From: an uncultured bacterium
GTDB taxonomy: Bacteria; Patescibacteriota; Minisyncoccia; UBA6257; 2-01-FULL-56-20
Assembly (NCBI GenBank): GCA_963844965.1
Contig: CAWJQC010000006.1
Coordinates: 58,014-122,013, forward strand
Direction: 5' to 3'
DNA: 64,000 nucleotides
Shown here: one piece after another, positions 47,855 through 57,137 of the stretch
Numbering within the stretch: position 1 is the stretch's first letter
Layout of the letters: the number at the start of each line of letters is the position of its first letter
Translations under genes and position numbers: made by a program
The notes under the pieces: generated by a model
Database searches by the model: none
The model's input: only the letters and a program-made list of their open reading frames with translations
Told to the model about the DNA's origin: nothing

Positions 47855-48928
47855 TTATTCGAAGAGAGTAGGATTATTGCGCGGGTCATGGCCCTCAACT
47901 CTGTCTATCATGAATCTTACCGCATCGTTCATGCTAACCGCCTGTAATTTTATTCCCGGGTGTTTCTCGTGAAAGACCCTGAAAATCTCATCGGCAAATG
48001 CCTGACCGATCATCGGAACTTTATCAAAATCAAAAATGATTGACTTGAACTTTTCCAAATTTGTGAGCACCCTTCTTGCTTGGGAACGAGAAACATGGAC
48101 TCCGCTCATGGTGTAGAGTTTCACTTTTATCTCGGTTTTGTCAAAACCATAATCCCCGTCTTTGGTGATATCGGTGTATCTTTTAAAAATGTCATTAAGG
48201 TGCCTATCGGAATCTGTATTGATCTCGAAAGAAACGGATGTCCCGCGTTTGCTTTTTTTACTGCGCGAAACAAATATGTCGCCGATACGATTATTTACAA
48301 CCATCTGGATTCCGAAACTGTCTAAAATGAAAATGTCGGCGGTTTTTGAGGTAAAGAATATGCCCTCACCAGAATGAGCTTTTGGCTGGGTGGTTGTCTT
48401 GCCCTTTAGCAATTCTTGGATGGCCTCCAATTCAGATTTTAATCCTCGCTTTCGCATCACGTTTCGGAATACCCCGATACCAGCATCAATAACCCGAAAC
48501 AGCAACCGCCTGTCTGCGATTTCAACCAGAACTTGTATGTTCTTTGACTCTGAATGTTCTATGGCGTTATTGAGCATTTCTGAGAACGCGTAAGTAAAGA
48601 TACTCCTTATGTTCTCGTGGAGTTTAAGAATCACAGGCAGTCTCTCTTCTATTTCATCTAAAACCCGATGTTCTTCCAGATTTACGTTCTTAAGAGATTT
48701 TTGTATTCTTGTCGGCAATAAATCCAGATGCTCTGTCACATATTGAGGAGAAACGTAAAATGCGCTTCTGGTTGAACCTATTTTCATTAGCTTCCTCGCG
48801 GTAATCAGATTGTTAATCAAAATCTTTGCGTATTGTCTGGAAACCCCAAGAAGCGACACTACGTCCCGTGTCTTAATCTGCTTCTTTATTTCTAAAAGAG
48901 AAAGAATTTTTTGTTCTTGATTGGTCAT
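47855..48928 (-). CDS. wHTH plus anti-sigma-kinase-like GHKL ATPase (RsbW/SpoIIAB-type) plus uncharacterised C-terminal domain
   Basis: N-terminal DVVSLLGVSRQYAKILINNL (HTH); FSEMLNNAIEHSESKNIQVLVEIADRRLLFRVIDAGIGV (N box and G1 box). Confidence 0.5.
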   Translation of the reverse strand: MTNQEQKILSLLEIKKQIKTRDVVSLLGVSRQYAKILINNLITARKLMKIGSTRSAFYVSPQYVTEHLDLLPTRIQKSLKNVNLEEHRVLDEIEERLPVILKLHENIRSIFTYAFSEMLNNAIEHSESKNIQVLVEIADRRLLFRVIDAGIGVFRNVMRKRGLKSELEAIQELLKGKTTTQPKAHSGEGIFFTSKTADIFILDSFGIQMVVNNRIGDIFVSRSKKSKRGTSVSFEINTDSDRHLNDIFKRYTDITKDGDYGFDKTEIKVKLYTMSGVHVSRSQARRVLTNLEKFKSIIFDFDKVPMIGQAFADEIFRVFHEKHPGIKLQAVSMNDAVRFMIDRVEGHDPRNNPTLFE

Positions 48929-49220
48929 GGTTCGGTTAGCTATAAGTTAATTGTAAACCAAATTAAATTCAATTGTCAACTAATTGTAAACTAATGGTTT
49001 TTACCCCAACAAAACCGCCCGAATTGCTGAGATTGCGTCACTGAAAGCTCGGGCAACCGCTGCAAACATTCTTCTGGTTCTGGTTCGACTACGCTCACCA
49101 TCTCGAGCGAAGTCGAGGGACAATAATGCCTGCCTGCCGTGCCTTCGGCAGGTGAACCGGCAGACAGGTCCGCTCATTTCCACCTATATCGGTTTTACTA
49201 TCTTAAACTCCAGCTTGGTT

Positions 49221-49260
49221 GAATTGAGGACATAATATCCCGAAATTACCGGCTCCGGCG
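49221..49260 (+). repeat. 40-bp direct repeat, copy 2
   Basis: gaattgaggacataatatcccgaaattaccggctccggcg. The AT-rich composition ends here. Confidence 0.6.
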
Positions 49261-49323
49261 CTAGGGGGACGATAACCTGGCCGAAATAAAAAGGCCGCGC
49301 GGCGAACCACGCGGCGAGAATCT

Positions 49324-49662
49324 TTAGGAAATGTGTTCGCGCCTTCTGAATCTCGCGGAAAACACAAATTTGATTAGCTCCCACAGCTCGGCGAATGCGA
49401 CCCACCAAGGGGTGAAGTCGTGGTAGGCCTCACAGTTCGAGCAGAGGAGATATCGTCTATTGATAAATCCGTGCGGATAATCCTTGCTCTCATGGCCGCA
49501 TCGCCCGCAAAAGAAAAGGAAAAATGGCAGTGGGGCGGTAAACCCCTCTTTTTGTTCGTGCCCCAATTTATACTTGATGCCGAATGCCTTTATCACACCT
49601 TGTTTCCATCTCGGCAATTTGCGCCATGCCCGTTGAGCCTCCAGATTGTACGCCAAATTCAA
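49324..49662 (-). CDS. Hypothetical Cys/His-rich (zinc-finger-like) protein
   Basis: CGRCGHE...CSNCEAYH. Confidence 0.3.
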   Translation of the reverse strand: MNLAYNLEAQRAWRKLPRWKQGVIKAFGIKYKLGHEQKEGFTAPLPFFLFFCGRCGHESKDYPHGFINRRYLLCSNCEAYHDFTPWWVAFAELWELIKFVFSARFRRREHIS

Positions 49663-49726
49663 GTTTGCCTCCTTGTCTCTCCTAGAAATTTACTGCTCAG
49701 ACCCTATCGGTCTACTTTCTCTATCT

Positions 49727-50131
49727 CTACCGTAACGTAAAATTGATGGTTTTCTCGCCGTTGACGAACGGTAGCAATTCGGCAGCAAAATCCTGTTCTT
49801 TGCTGCCGATAATGACGTGATCTGGTCCCCTGCCAAGGCCAGAAGAAAGAATGTAAAAAAGTAGTTTCGCCGTTATGGGTCGCTCTTTTTTAATATCTTC
49901 AATCGCTTTGGCGTAGTAAAGACAATCGTCATTGAAATAATTACTCACTATGTGACCAGGTCTAACAGCCAACCATATTGTGCGCGCCAAATCGTTGCAA
50001 AAAACCGCCTTGACCTCCTCGGTTTTTTCTGGGTCAAAAGGAAGCGTCACGGTCTCTGGTATCATCTCCTCCTCCTTGTCCTCCTTGTCAACGAACCGTG
50101 CTTGGGCTAAGCGCAGGTTAGTATGCTTCAA
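49727..50131 (-). CDS. Hypothetical protein
   Basis: 134 aa, no recognisable motif. Confidence 0.3.
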   Translation of the reverse strand: MKHTNLRLAQARFVDKEDKEEEMIPETVTLPFDPEKTEEVKAVFCNDLARTIWLAVRPGHIVSNYFNDDCLYYAKAIEDIKKERPITAKLLFYILSSGLGRGPDHVIIGSKEQDFAAELLPFVNGEKTINFTLR

Positions 50132-50226
50132 AAGTTATGTCAAGGTAGGTCTCACAAAGAATTCTCTTGGCTCCGGCTGGTGGAAAATATATAAAAAGGC
50201 CTCGTCGTTCTTAACGACAGGGCCGT

Positions 50227-50640
50227 TCATCGCACTACCGAATCGTAGGGCGGGGGATTCGGGAGGTCTTCCGGAGTAATCTCGGAGAGAGCAATTCCTC
50301 TTTGCGCCGCAATTTGTTTCGCAAGCGCCACTCGCTCCTTTCCTCTTCCGTTGGGAACGAATTTTCGGCAGAATGAGTCAACTACCGTGCCGCATTCGCA
50401 CACGAGGGGGAAGAAAATGGAATCCGTCGCTCGTATCCTCCCCGTGCATTGGGCTCGGGACGTATTTTGTTGAAAGGCACTGAAGCCCCACCGAAGGTCC
50501 TCGTGGTGGTGGAATGGAGAACGGTCAACGCCTTCTCCGGGCGGTACTCCCATGAATTCATAATGTTTCAATTCGCATGACCCGTCGTGCTTACAAAACT
50601 GGCAATAGTGGAAATATCCGCCCGTTAAATCTCGCTTCAT
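50227..50640 (-). CDS. Hypothetical Cys/His-rich protein
   Basis: The start was chosen at MKRDLTGGYFHYCQFCKHDG after the RBS ggagaggtagg. The tracked ORF extends to 50811 but its first 57 codons overlap a separate 58-aa TM peptide ORF in another frame. Confidence 0.3.
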   Translation of the reverse strand: MKRDLTGGYFHYCQFCKHDGSCELKHYEFMGVPPGEGVDRSPFHHHEDLRWGFSAFQQNTSRAQCTGRIRATDSIFFPLVCECGTVVDSFCRKFVPNGRGKERVALAKQIAAQRGIALSEITPEDLPNPPPYDSVVR

Positions 50641-50830
50641 CCTACCTCTCCGTGTTGATCGCACATTGCCTCTCCCAGCAACCCGCGACGATATGTTTGT
50701 CTCCGGCTCTTGCAATAAGGGCAACGCGGATACCGCCATCTCACCACAAGGAACCCTGCCGCCGTAAACACAATTGCAACGAGTAAAAGAACGAAACGAA
50801 CCATGTTTCACCTCCCTCTAAAATCTAAAC

Positions 50831-51061
50831 TCATTTGTGCTGGTCCGCAGAATGAAGCGGCCGCATTTTGCCGTGGGATTTAAGCCACCCGAAGGCGCGC
50901 TTGGCGCGAGACGCTTTTTTGCTAACGATACTTGTCGTTTTGTTCGTGGAGGACGCTGGAGATTTCTGTTTAGTATTTGCCGAGAGAAAAGAAGGGTAGA
51001 TTACCGACGCGAATACCAATATTACTATCCATATTTTTTTCATCATCCCTCCTGTTTTCAA
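50831..51061 (-). CDS. Hypothetical small secreted protein
   Basis: 76 aa with a signal peptide MKKIWIVILVFASVIYPSFLSA. Confidence 0.3.
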   Translation of the reverse strand: MKTGGMMKKIWIVILVFASVIYPSFLSANTKQKSPASSTNKTTSIVSKKASRAKRAFGWLKSHGKMRPLHSADQHK

Positions 51062-51237
51062 GCGCCTTAAACTATCTCAAATATATTACTATGCGCTTCC
51101 CGCTGTCAATATAATTCGCCGGTCTAGCCGATAAAAAATCCAGCCGCTCCGGCGGGCAAGAGGCTGAGAATCGGGGGCGCTACACTATCGTTGTTTAAAA
51201 AGAAAAAGACCGGCTTTGTGGGCTGGTCTCTGTTGGT

Positions 51238-51687
51238 TTAAAACTGTGGCGGCTGAATGTCATTCAAATACTTAAACCGGCCTCCCGGATATTTTGGTAT
51301 AAGCCGAAAGAACGAACGCCTCGTGGCTTCTCCTCCAGCGTCGGGGACAAAAACCATCAGATCATAGAACTGTTCCCCTGCGGAATCGCTTAGTATAATG
51401 CCTCCCGCGAGATGATTTTTGGCTATCTGGACAAGGGTGGAACTAGCCTCCGGTGGAATTGTCTTGTTAATGTGCGAGGAGATAAGGGCCCTCAGACACA
51501 TACCCAACTCAACTTGAATACGATCATCTTCCATGAGTTCGTCGAGTTCTTCCCAATATGCCCAAGTTGTCAGCTTGAGGGAAGCTGTTGCCGTTTTCAT
51601 TTGCGCCGAGTTTTCCATGGTTGCCTCCGTTTCTCGATTATTAGAGCCTAAAAAATTAAAGAGCTTGTCTGCTGGACATACTACCAT
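51238..51687 (-). CDS. Hypothetical protein
   Basis: 149 aa. Confidence 0.3.
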   Translation of the reverse strand: MVVCPADKLFNFLGSNNRETEATMENSAQMKTATASLKLTTWAYWEELDELMEDDRIQVELGMCLRALISSHINKTIPPEASSTLVQIAKNHLAGGIILSDSAGEQFYDLMVFVPDAGGEATRRSFFRLIPKYPGGRFKYLNDIQPPQF

Positions 51688-51782
51688 GCATTGAAAACAT
51701 TGTCAAAGCCAGCGGCTGGACGGCGCGAGGACCGACGTGATATATATAATTTAGATATTTTCAACAATAAGAGGGCTGGCTG

Positions 51783-52274
51783 ATGAAAATTCCGAGCGAC
51801 CCGAATGATGTGCAGAAAAAATTTCTCGGCAGACAAGCTGGTGAACGAGGCGGGGGGTTCTTGGAAATTACGGAATCGCCGCAAAAGACGGCGACCACGA
51901 TAATGCCGATAATTCCAAAATTACGGTCGAGCTTTAGGGTGGGGCGCTTTGTCTTGGAGGTGGTGCTGGACAATTCGTTTGAAGAAAAAGTTGATGGGAG
52001 ATGGAAATACCGTTACAAAACGGAGAGTAATTTCATCGTTTTCAAATCAAAACCAACCCGTCTTGAGCGGAATGCTTACCGGCACCTCGCAAAGTTTCTG
52101 AAGAGCCGCCGTCCATATAGGCCGATCATCACCATTAGATTGTACAAGCAAATTTCCTCAAGACCGATAGAATCTTTATCTGGCAAAAAAATAACGGCAG
52201 CAAAATGGCTGCCGTTTTTCTATATCCAAAAATTCCTGCGCGCGGCAAAACCGTTGTTCAAAATTCCCCCGTAG
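51783..52274 (+). CDS. Hypothetical protein
   Basis: 163 aa, basic. Confidence 0.3.
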   Translation: MKIPSDPNDVQKKFLGRQAGERGGGFLEITESPQKTATTIMPIIPKLRSSFRVGRFVLEVVLDNSFEEKVDGRWKYRYKTESNFIVFKSKPTRLERNAYRHLAKFLKSRRPYRPIITIRLYKQISSRPIESLSGKKITAAKWLPFFYIQKFLRAAKPLFKIPP

Positions 52275-52317
52275 GGTATAATCTAATCAGAATTTTATAA
52301 TCCGCGGGAGGGATTAG

Positions 52318-52731
52318 GTGGGCAAAAAAACAAAACACCACGCGCCCCCGCAGTGCCCGGACAATAGACCAAGATTTCTAGGCAAAAGGACAGAGGAACA
52401 TCACAGCGCGTATCATTTGCTGTTCGGCAACCCGCGAACATTCAGAGAGGCGGTCAAGATCCTGAAACGGGACTGGTGGGACCTAGGCAAGAAAAAGAAA
52501 ACCAAAATACGGAAAACATTGGAAGAACACAAGGCTTATCATGTCCTATTTAACAACGCCAAATCATTTTACGATGCGGCTCAGATATTGAGACACGACT
52601 GGTGGAATCCACCGCACCCAACGGTCTGTGATCGGCAAAAAAACGACGGTTTACAACCGCCGTCTTTTTTATTCACAGCAAATGTCAGCGAACGAATCCG
52701 GCGTTCAGCAAGCCGCGCCGGCTTGGCTTGA
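52318..52731 (+). CDS. Hypothetical protein with internal tandem duplication (EEHxAYHxLF...DWW twice)
   Basis: EEHHSAYHLLFGNPRTFREAVKILKRDWWD followed by EEHKAYHVLFNNAKSFYDAAQILRHDWWN. Confidence 0.3.
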   Translation: MGKKTKHHAPPQCPDNRPRFLGKRTEEHHSAYHLLFGNPRTFREAVKILKRDWWDLGKKKKTKIRKTLEEHKAYHVLFNNAKSFYDAAQILRHDWWNPPHPTVCDRQKNDGLQPPSFLFTANVSERIRRSASRAGLA

Positions 52732-52740
52732 CCAATTTCG

Positions 52741-53826
52741 CTACCGAGCCATTGGATTCTGCGCGCCGTAAACCTCAAAATGCACGTGACAGCCGGTCGC
52801 GTCGCCGGTCTCGCCCATAAGCCCGATCTCCTGTCCTTGCTTAACATAATCGCCGATTGAAACCAGAACTTTCTCCAAGTGTGCATAGCGTGTGCGGACG
52901 CCGTCGCCGAACGGATGTTCTATCAAAACGAAATTTCCGTAGCCGCCATTCCAGCCGCCGCCGTCGCCGCTGCCGAAATTATCGTCCGGCACAACCAAAC
53001 CCTCGGCCGCCGCCACGACCGGCGTGCCGCAAGCGTTTGCGATATCAACGGCATTATAATGGTGCAATATCCCCCAATCATATCCGTCAGCGGGTTTTAC
53101 AAAATTGGCGGAAAAATTCGGCAAAGAATTAAGAGTCGTGTATGCGAAGCTGATATTTTTTACGCCGGGTATAACAAGATTTATGCCAACACCAAGGGAG
53201 CCGAAATTTATTGACTTGTTAAACTCGGTGATTTTTTCTTCCGGAACCCCAAAATAGTTCGCTACGGATTCCAGGGTATCGCCGTCGCGCGTTGTGTAAA
53301 CGATTCCGGTCGTCGGTAAGATGTTCAGTTCGTCTCCGACGCGCAATACTTTTGCCTTCACGCCCGGATTGGCGTTCACGATCGTATCCAAAGAAACTCC
53401 GAAATAGGAAGCGATGCCGTAAAGGGTGTCTCCTTCCTGGACCTTATACGTCATGAGGTCGTCGCGAGAGGGGCCGGCAGCTTCGCCGGGATCCATCGCC
53501 GCGCCGACTATGGTATACTCCGCCGGAGAACCATATTCCGGCAAATCGCTTGAAAGGGGCGACGACCCCAGCGCCGTCGCAATCGGCTCACGCGCGAAGG
53601 TGGCGGCCGCTACGGCTAAGTTCTCAAGCGCGTTCGCTACTTTCGGTCCGCCTAGAACCCCAGTTCCGGAATTCTCCTTATCCTTGAAATAAGGCGAAAA
53701 TGCGCCAACAAAGACGATGGCGGCCAGCAAAAAAACGGCCATTCCTAATGGCTTTTTGTCTTTATTTAATTGGCCTAAAATGGTACTAATATCATTATTA
53801 TACCACAACGCTAGGAAAAATCTCAA
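52741..53826 (-). CDS. LysM-domain M23 peptidase
   Basis: Two LysM repeats (YKVQEGDTLYGIASYFGV.., YTTRDGDTLESVANYFGV..) and a C-terminal M23 domain ...GYGNFVLIEHPFGDGVRTRYAHL...GETGDATGCHVHFEV. Confidence 0.75.
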   Translation of the reverse strand: MRFFLALWYNNDISTILGQLNKDKKPLGMAVFLLAAIVFVGAFSPYFKDKENSGTGVLGGPKVANALENLAVAAATFAREPIATALGSSPLSSDLPEYGSPAEYTIVGAAMDPGEAAGPSRDDLMTYKVQEGDTLYGIASYFGVSLDTIVNANPGVKAKVLRVGDELNILPTTGIVYTTRDGDTLESVANYFGVPEEKITEFNKSINFGSLGVGINLVIPGVKNISFAYTTLNSLPNFSANFVKPADGYDWGILHHYNAVDIANACGTPVVAAAEGLVVPDDNFGSGDGGGWNGGYGNFVLIEHPFGDGVRTRYAHLEKVLVSIGDYVKQGQEIGLMGETGDATGCHVHFEVYGAQNPMAR

Positions 53827-53995
53827 CCCCAGTCGAGCACCGGACTTTGCGAGAACCCGCCTCGTTCGTCCAGCGACTCACTTCGGCTTGTCCTCGGCAA
53901 TTTGCGCCACGCACCACCAGCGCGGCGACCATGCCAAATTGCCTGCGGGGTTCTCGCAAACGGTGCTCTTCTTCAGACACAGATAATAAATTCAA

Positions 53996-55963
53996 ATGGA
54001 ACTAAATACACAACAAAAAGCCGCGGTGGAGGCGCCGCGTGGACCACTTTTAATCGTGGCCGGAGCGGGAACCGGAAAGACACGGACGCTCACGAGCCGC
54101 CTTATGCATTTCATAGAAGAAGGCACGAAGCCGCAAAGAATCTGCGCCATAACTTTCACGAATAAGGCGGCGAAAGAAATGGCCGAACGCATCAGCGACC
54201 TGAAAAACCCGAATTCCATCCGAATGACCCGGAAAAATAATTCGGGGCGTTCGGATGTATTCGTAGATTCGGGTCGCGGTCAACCTTTCATCGGAACTTT
54301 TCACGCTCTTGGCGCGAGAATTTTACGGAAAGAATGCCGGCTCCTCGGCCGAAAACCGAATTTCGTCATTTTTGACGACCACGATTCGTTTGACCTTATA
54401 AAGAAAATAACAAAAAAACTTCTGCCGCCTGGAAAATCCGACAAAGCGGACGGCGGCAAGCGAGAACGCGACGAACGGCCGGCCTACTTCGCGGAAAAAA
54501 TTTCCGAAATAAAAAACCTGAACGACGCGCTCCAGAAATTGACCGGCTCCGAGAAAGAAAAGGACAAGCTAGCCCTTAAAATATTCAAGTTGTATGAAAA
54601 ACGGCTCCAAGAAAATAACGCTTTTGATTTTGACGACCTGATAGAAAAAGTTGTTTTTCTTTTCCGAAGATATCCAGAAGTTCTGCAAAAATACCAGAAA
54701 AAATTTGATGCGATCCTGGTTGACGAATACCAAGACCTGAACCCCGCGCAATACGAGCTTGTGAAATTTTTGGCCGGCGGACACAGGAACCTGAGCGTGG
54801 TGGGCGACGACGAGCAAATGATCTACGGCTGGCGCTACGCCGATCTCAAAACATTCCTGGATTTTGAACGCGATTGGCCGGGGGCGCGAATCGCCTTCCT
54901 TGAAGAAAATTACAGGTCAACCGCGAACATCGTCGGCGCGGCAACTGCCGTCGCGGCGAACAATGTTTACCGCAGGCCAAAAAACCTCTGGACAAAAAAT
55001 GAAGCGGGAGCGCGGATAAAGATCTGCGAACTGGATGACGAAGACGAGGAGGCTGAGTGGATAGCAAACACAATTTCCAATTTCCAATTTTCAATTTTCA
55101 AAAAAAACGGCGAAGGTGAATCAACTGCAGTTCTTTATCGGACGAACGCGCAGTCGCGGGCGATAGAACAGGCGCTGATAAACAAGCAAATTTCATACAA
55201 AATTTTCGGCGGCGTGAAGTTCTACGAACGCAAAGAAATCAAGGATATTGTCGCCGCCATGCGTTTAGCCGCGAATAAAAGCGACGAGATAAGCCGCGAC
55301 CGGCTGGAAAAAAATCTCAGCAAAAGAAAATTTTCGGAACTCTGGGAAAAAATCTCCGACCCGAAGGCGGGAACCGCCGCCCCGGTGAAACTAATAAACA
55401 TTTTCCTCAAAGCCACTGCCTATGTTGAATACCTTGAAAAAAACTATTTCAACTACGACGAGAGAAAAGAGAATATAAGCGAACTCGTAAATTTCGCCTC
55501 GCGCTACGACAATCTGCCGCAATTTCTGGAAGAAATCGCGCTCGTGCAACCGACGGACGTACCGTCGGCTAGCGACAAGGAACCCGCCTACGCCAAGGCT
55601 TCGGTGGGCAGGCAAGCGACAAGCGACAAGGAAAAACCAGTTTCCAGTAACCGGTTACCAGTTGCCAGCTTGATGACCATCCATCTGGCGAAAGGCTTGG
55701 AATTTGACGATGTTTTCATCGCCGGCGGCACGGAAGGACTCTTGCCGCACGCCCGCTCAATGGAGAATGAATATCAGTTGGAAGAAGAACGGCGGCTGAT
55801 GTACGTTGCCATGACGCGCACTAAAAAAAATCTGCACATTAGTTTTTACGACACGCCTTCAAGATTTTTATCCGAAATACCGACAGAATTCACGGAGCTT
55901 GAAAACAAAATCGGCGGCTCCTCACCGCCGGATGACGAAGAAAATTTTATTTCATACGATTAG
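53996..55963 (+). CDS. UvrD/PcrA/Rep-family DNA helicase
   Basis: MELNTQQKAAVEAPRGPLLIVAGAGTGKTRTLTSRLMHFI...; helicase motifs continue throughout. A TISNFQFSIFKKNGE insertion is encoded by the (TTTCCAA/TTTTCAA)n repeat at 55071..55108. Confidence 0.85.
   Translation: MELNTQQKAAVEAPRGPLLIVAGAGTGKTRTLTSRLMHFIEEGTKPQRICAITFTNKAAKEMAERISDLKNPNSIRMTRKNNSGRSDVFVDSGRGQPFIGTFHALGARILRKECRLLGRKPNFVIFDDHDSFDLIKKITKKLLPPGKSDKADGGKRERDERPAYFAEKISEIKNLNDALQKLTGSEKEKDKLALKIFKLYEKRLQENNAFDFDDLIEKVVFLFRRYPEVLQKYQKKFDAILVDEYQDLNPAQYELVKFLAGGHRNLSVVGDDEQMIYGWRYADLKTFLDFERDWPGARIAFLEENYRSTANIVGAATAVAANNVYRRPKNLWTKNEAGARIKICELDDEDEEAEWIANTISNFQFSIFKKNGEGESTAVLYRTNAQSRAIEQALINKQISYKIFGGVKFYERKEIKDIVAAMRLAANKSDEISRDRLEKNLSKRKFSELWEKISDPKAGTAAPVKLINIFLKATAYVEYLEKNYFNYDERKENISELVNFASRYDNLPQFLEEIALVQPTDVPSASDKEPAYAKASVGRQATSDKEKPVSSNRLPVASLMTIHLAKGLEFDDVFIAGGTEGLLPHARSMENEYQLEEERRLMYVAMTRTKKNLHISFYDTPSRFLSEIPTEFTELENKIGGSSPPDDEENFISYD
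55071..55108 (+). repeat. (TTTCCAA/TTTTCAA)n element, copy C, embedded in the helicase CDS
   Basis: caatttccaatttccaattttcaattttcaaaaaaaac, in frame as ..NFQFSIFKK.. Confidence 0.45.
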
Positions 55964-56048
55964 CGATGCCGTAGCAATTCCCCATAATCCACGGCTCGCA
56001 ATTCGTCGTTTTTGGTTTGCTTCCTCACACTACCCCTCCCGAGACGCC

Positions 56049-56570
56049 TTAAAGACCGCTGCAGCTTTGCGTCGGTATGTATTGCGCAATCGCACTCAAC
56101 CCGAGAACGTCGGAGGCTCCCGAACTGCTGCCTTGCTGCGCCAAACTATTTAAACCGGCTATCTGCTGCGATATCTGGCTACACTCGGCGCTTGAGCTTG
56201 CGTTAAATTGCTGAAGCAGCTGCTGCAATTGATCGGCGGAAATCGAACCGGAAGCATTGGAAAGAACGCTAGTCAGGAAATCTTGATTCTGTGAACCCAA
56301 ATTAATCAAACTTTGGTTCAGCGCGGAAGTTGAGGTTGCGGTGGAAAGAGATTGCAAATATGCCAACTGACTGGAGTTTATGCCCTGCAGGCTCGAAATT
56401 GAATTAACAATGCTGGTAATCGCCGCATCGCTCGTAGCATTCATAAGCTGTTCTGTCAGATTCTGCGGCGAGACGCTGGTAACGTTGACCATGCCATTAA
56501 TGCCATTCAGGGTGCTCAAAAGCGACTGGAGCTCCGCTTCGTTTGTAGAAAGATTCATCAGGTCGCTCAC
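56049..56570 (-). CDS. Hypothetical Ser/Thr/Gln-rich secreted protein, C-terminal part (likely one gene with 56567..57052 through a frameshift near 56630)
   Basis: Its frame stays open upstream of the GTG start through the end of the neighbouring ORF (..GSDSSTPGAQALGLTTDAAISKYVSDLMNLS..). Confidence 0.4.
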   Translation of the reverse strand: MSDLMNLSTNEAELQSLLSTLNGINGMVNVTSVSPQNLTEQLMNATSDAAITSIVNSISSLQGINSSQLAYLQSLSTATSTSALNQSLINLGSQNQDFLTSVLSNASGSISADQLQQLLQQFNASSSAECSQISQQIAGLNSLAQQGSSSGASDVLGLSAIAQYIPTQSCSGL

Positions 56571-57052
56571 GTATTTGCTGATGGCGGCGTCCGTCGTGAG
56601 ACCGAGCGCCTGGGCCCCAGGAGTCGACGAATCTGACCCTTCAGCTCTTTGGTAACTTCCGCGACAATGTCATTTTCGGAAATATTCATCGTAGGAACGC
56701 TAGCCTTCGGCTGCGCAGGAGCGGGCTTGATATGAAGATACTCGTTATAATTCCCAGCGCCAAGAGCGGAAGAGCTGGTAGCGCTACCATAGACAAACGC
56801 ATTAAATCCTGCGGGGCTGGAAACCGCGGCGGTATTCCCTGTCTGGCCCGCCCCGCCTTGTCCGCCCGATCCTCCGGTTCCACCAGACACCCCAGTATAT
56901 GTCCCCGCCGGGAACGTCGGCGTCGGCACGGCAGGCAGGGATGGAGCGGGGGCCGTCTCGCCTCCGCGCTTCGTGAGCGTTATAAGCACAATAAGACCGA
57001 TAGCCACGACGACGGCGATACTCAAAAATATAATTTTTTTCTTATCGTCCAT
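56567..57052 (-). CDS. Hypothetical membrane-anchored Gly-rich protein, N-terminal part
   Basis: TM anchor IIFLSIAVVVAIGLIVLITL and a Gly-rich stretch. It ends within 4 nt of the start of the next ORF, which is in another frame. Confidence 0.4.
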   Translation of the reverse strand: MDDKKKIIFLSIAVVVAIGLIVLITLTKRGGETAPAPSLPAVPTPTFPAGTYTGVSGGTGGSGGQGGAGQTGNTAAVSSPAGFNAFVYGSATSSSALGAGNYNEYLHIKPAPAQPKASVPTMNISENDIVAEVTKELKGQIRRLLGPRRSVSRRTPPSANT

Positions 57053-57137
57053 AAATAATAACCCGAAGCTTTAAGGTTTTGGGCTGTCCGATAGCCCCAA
57101 GCCACAATGCCTCGTATTCTAATCATACCACACGCGG

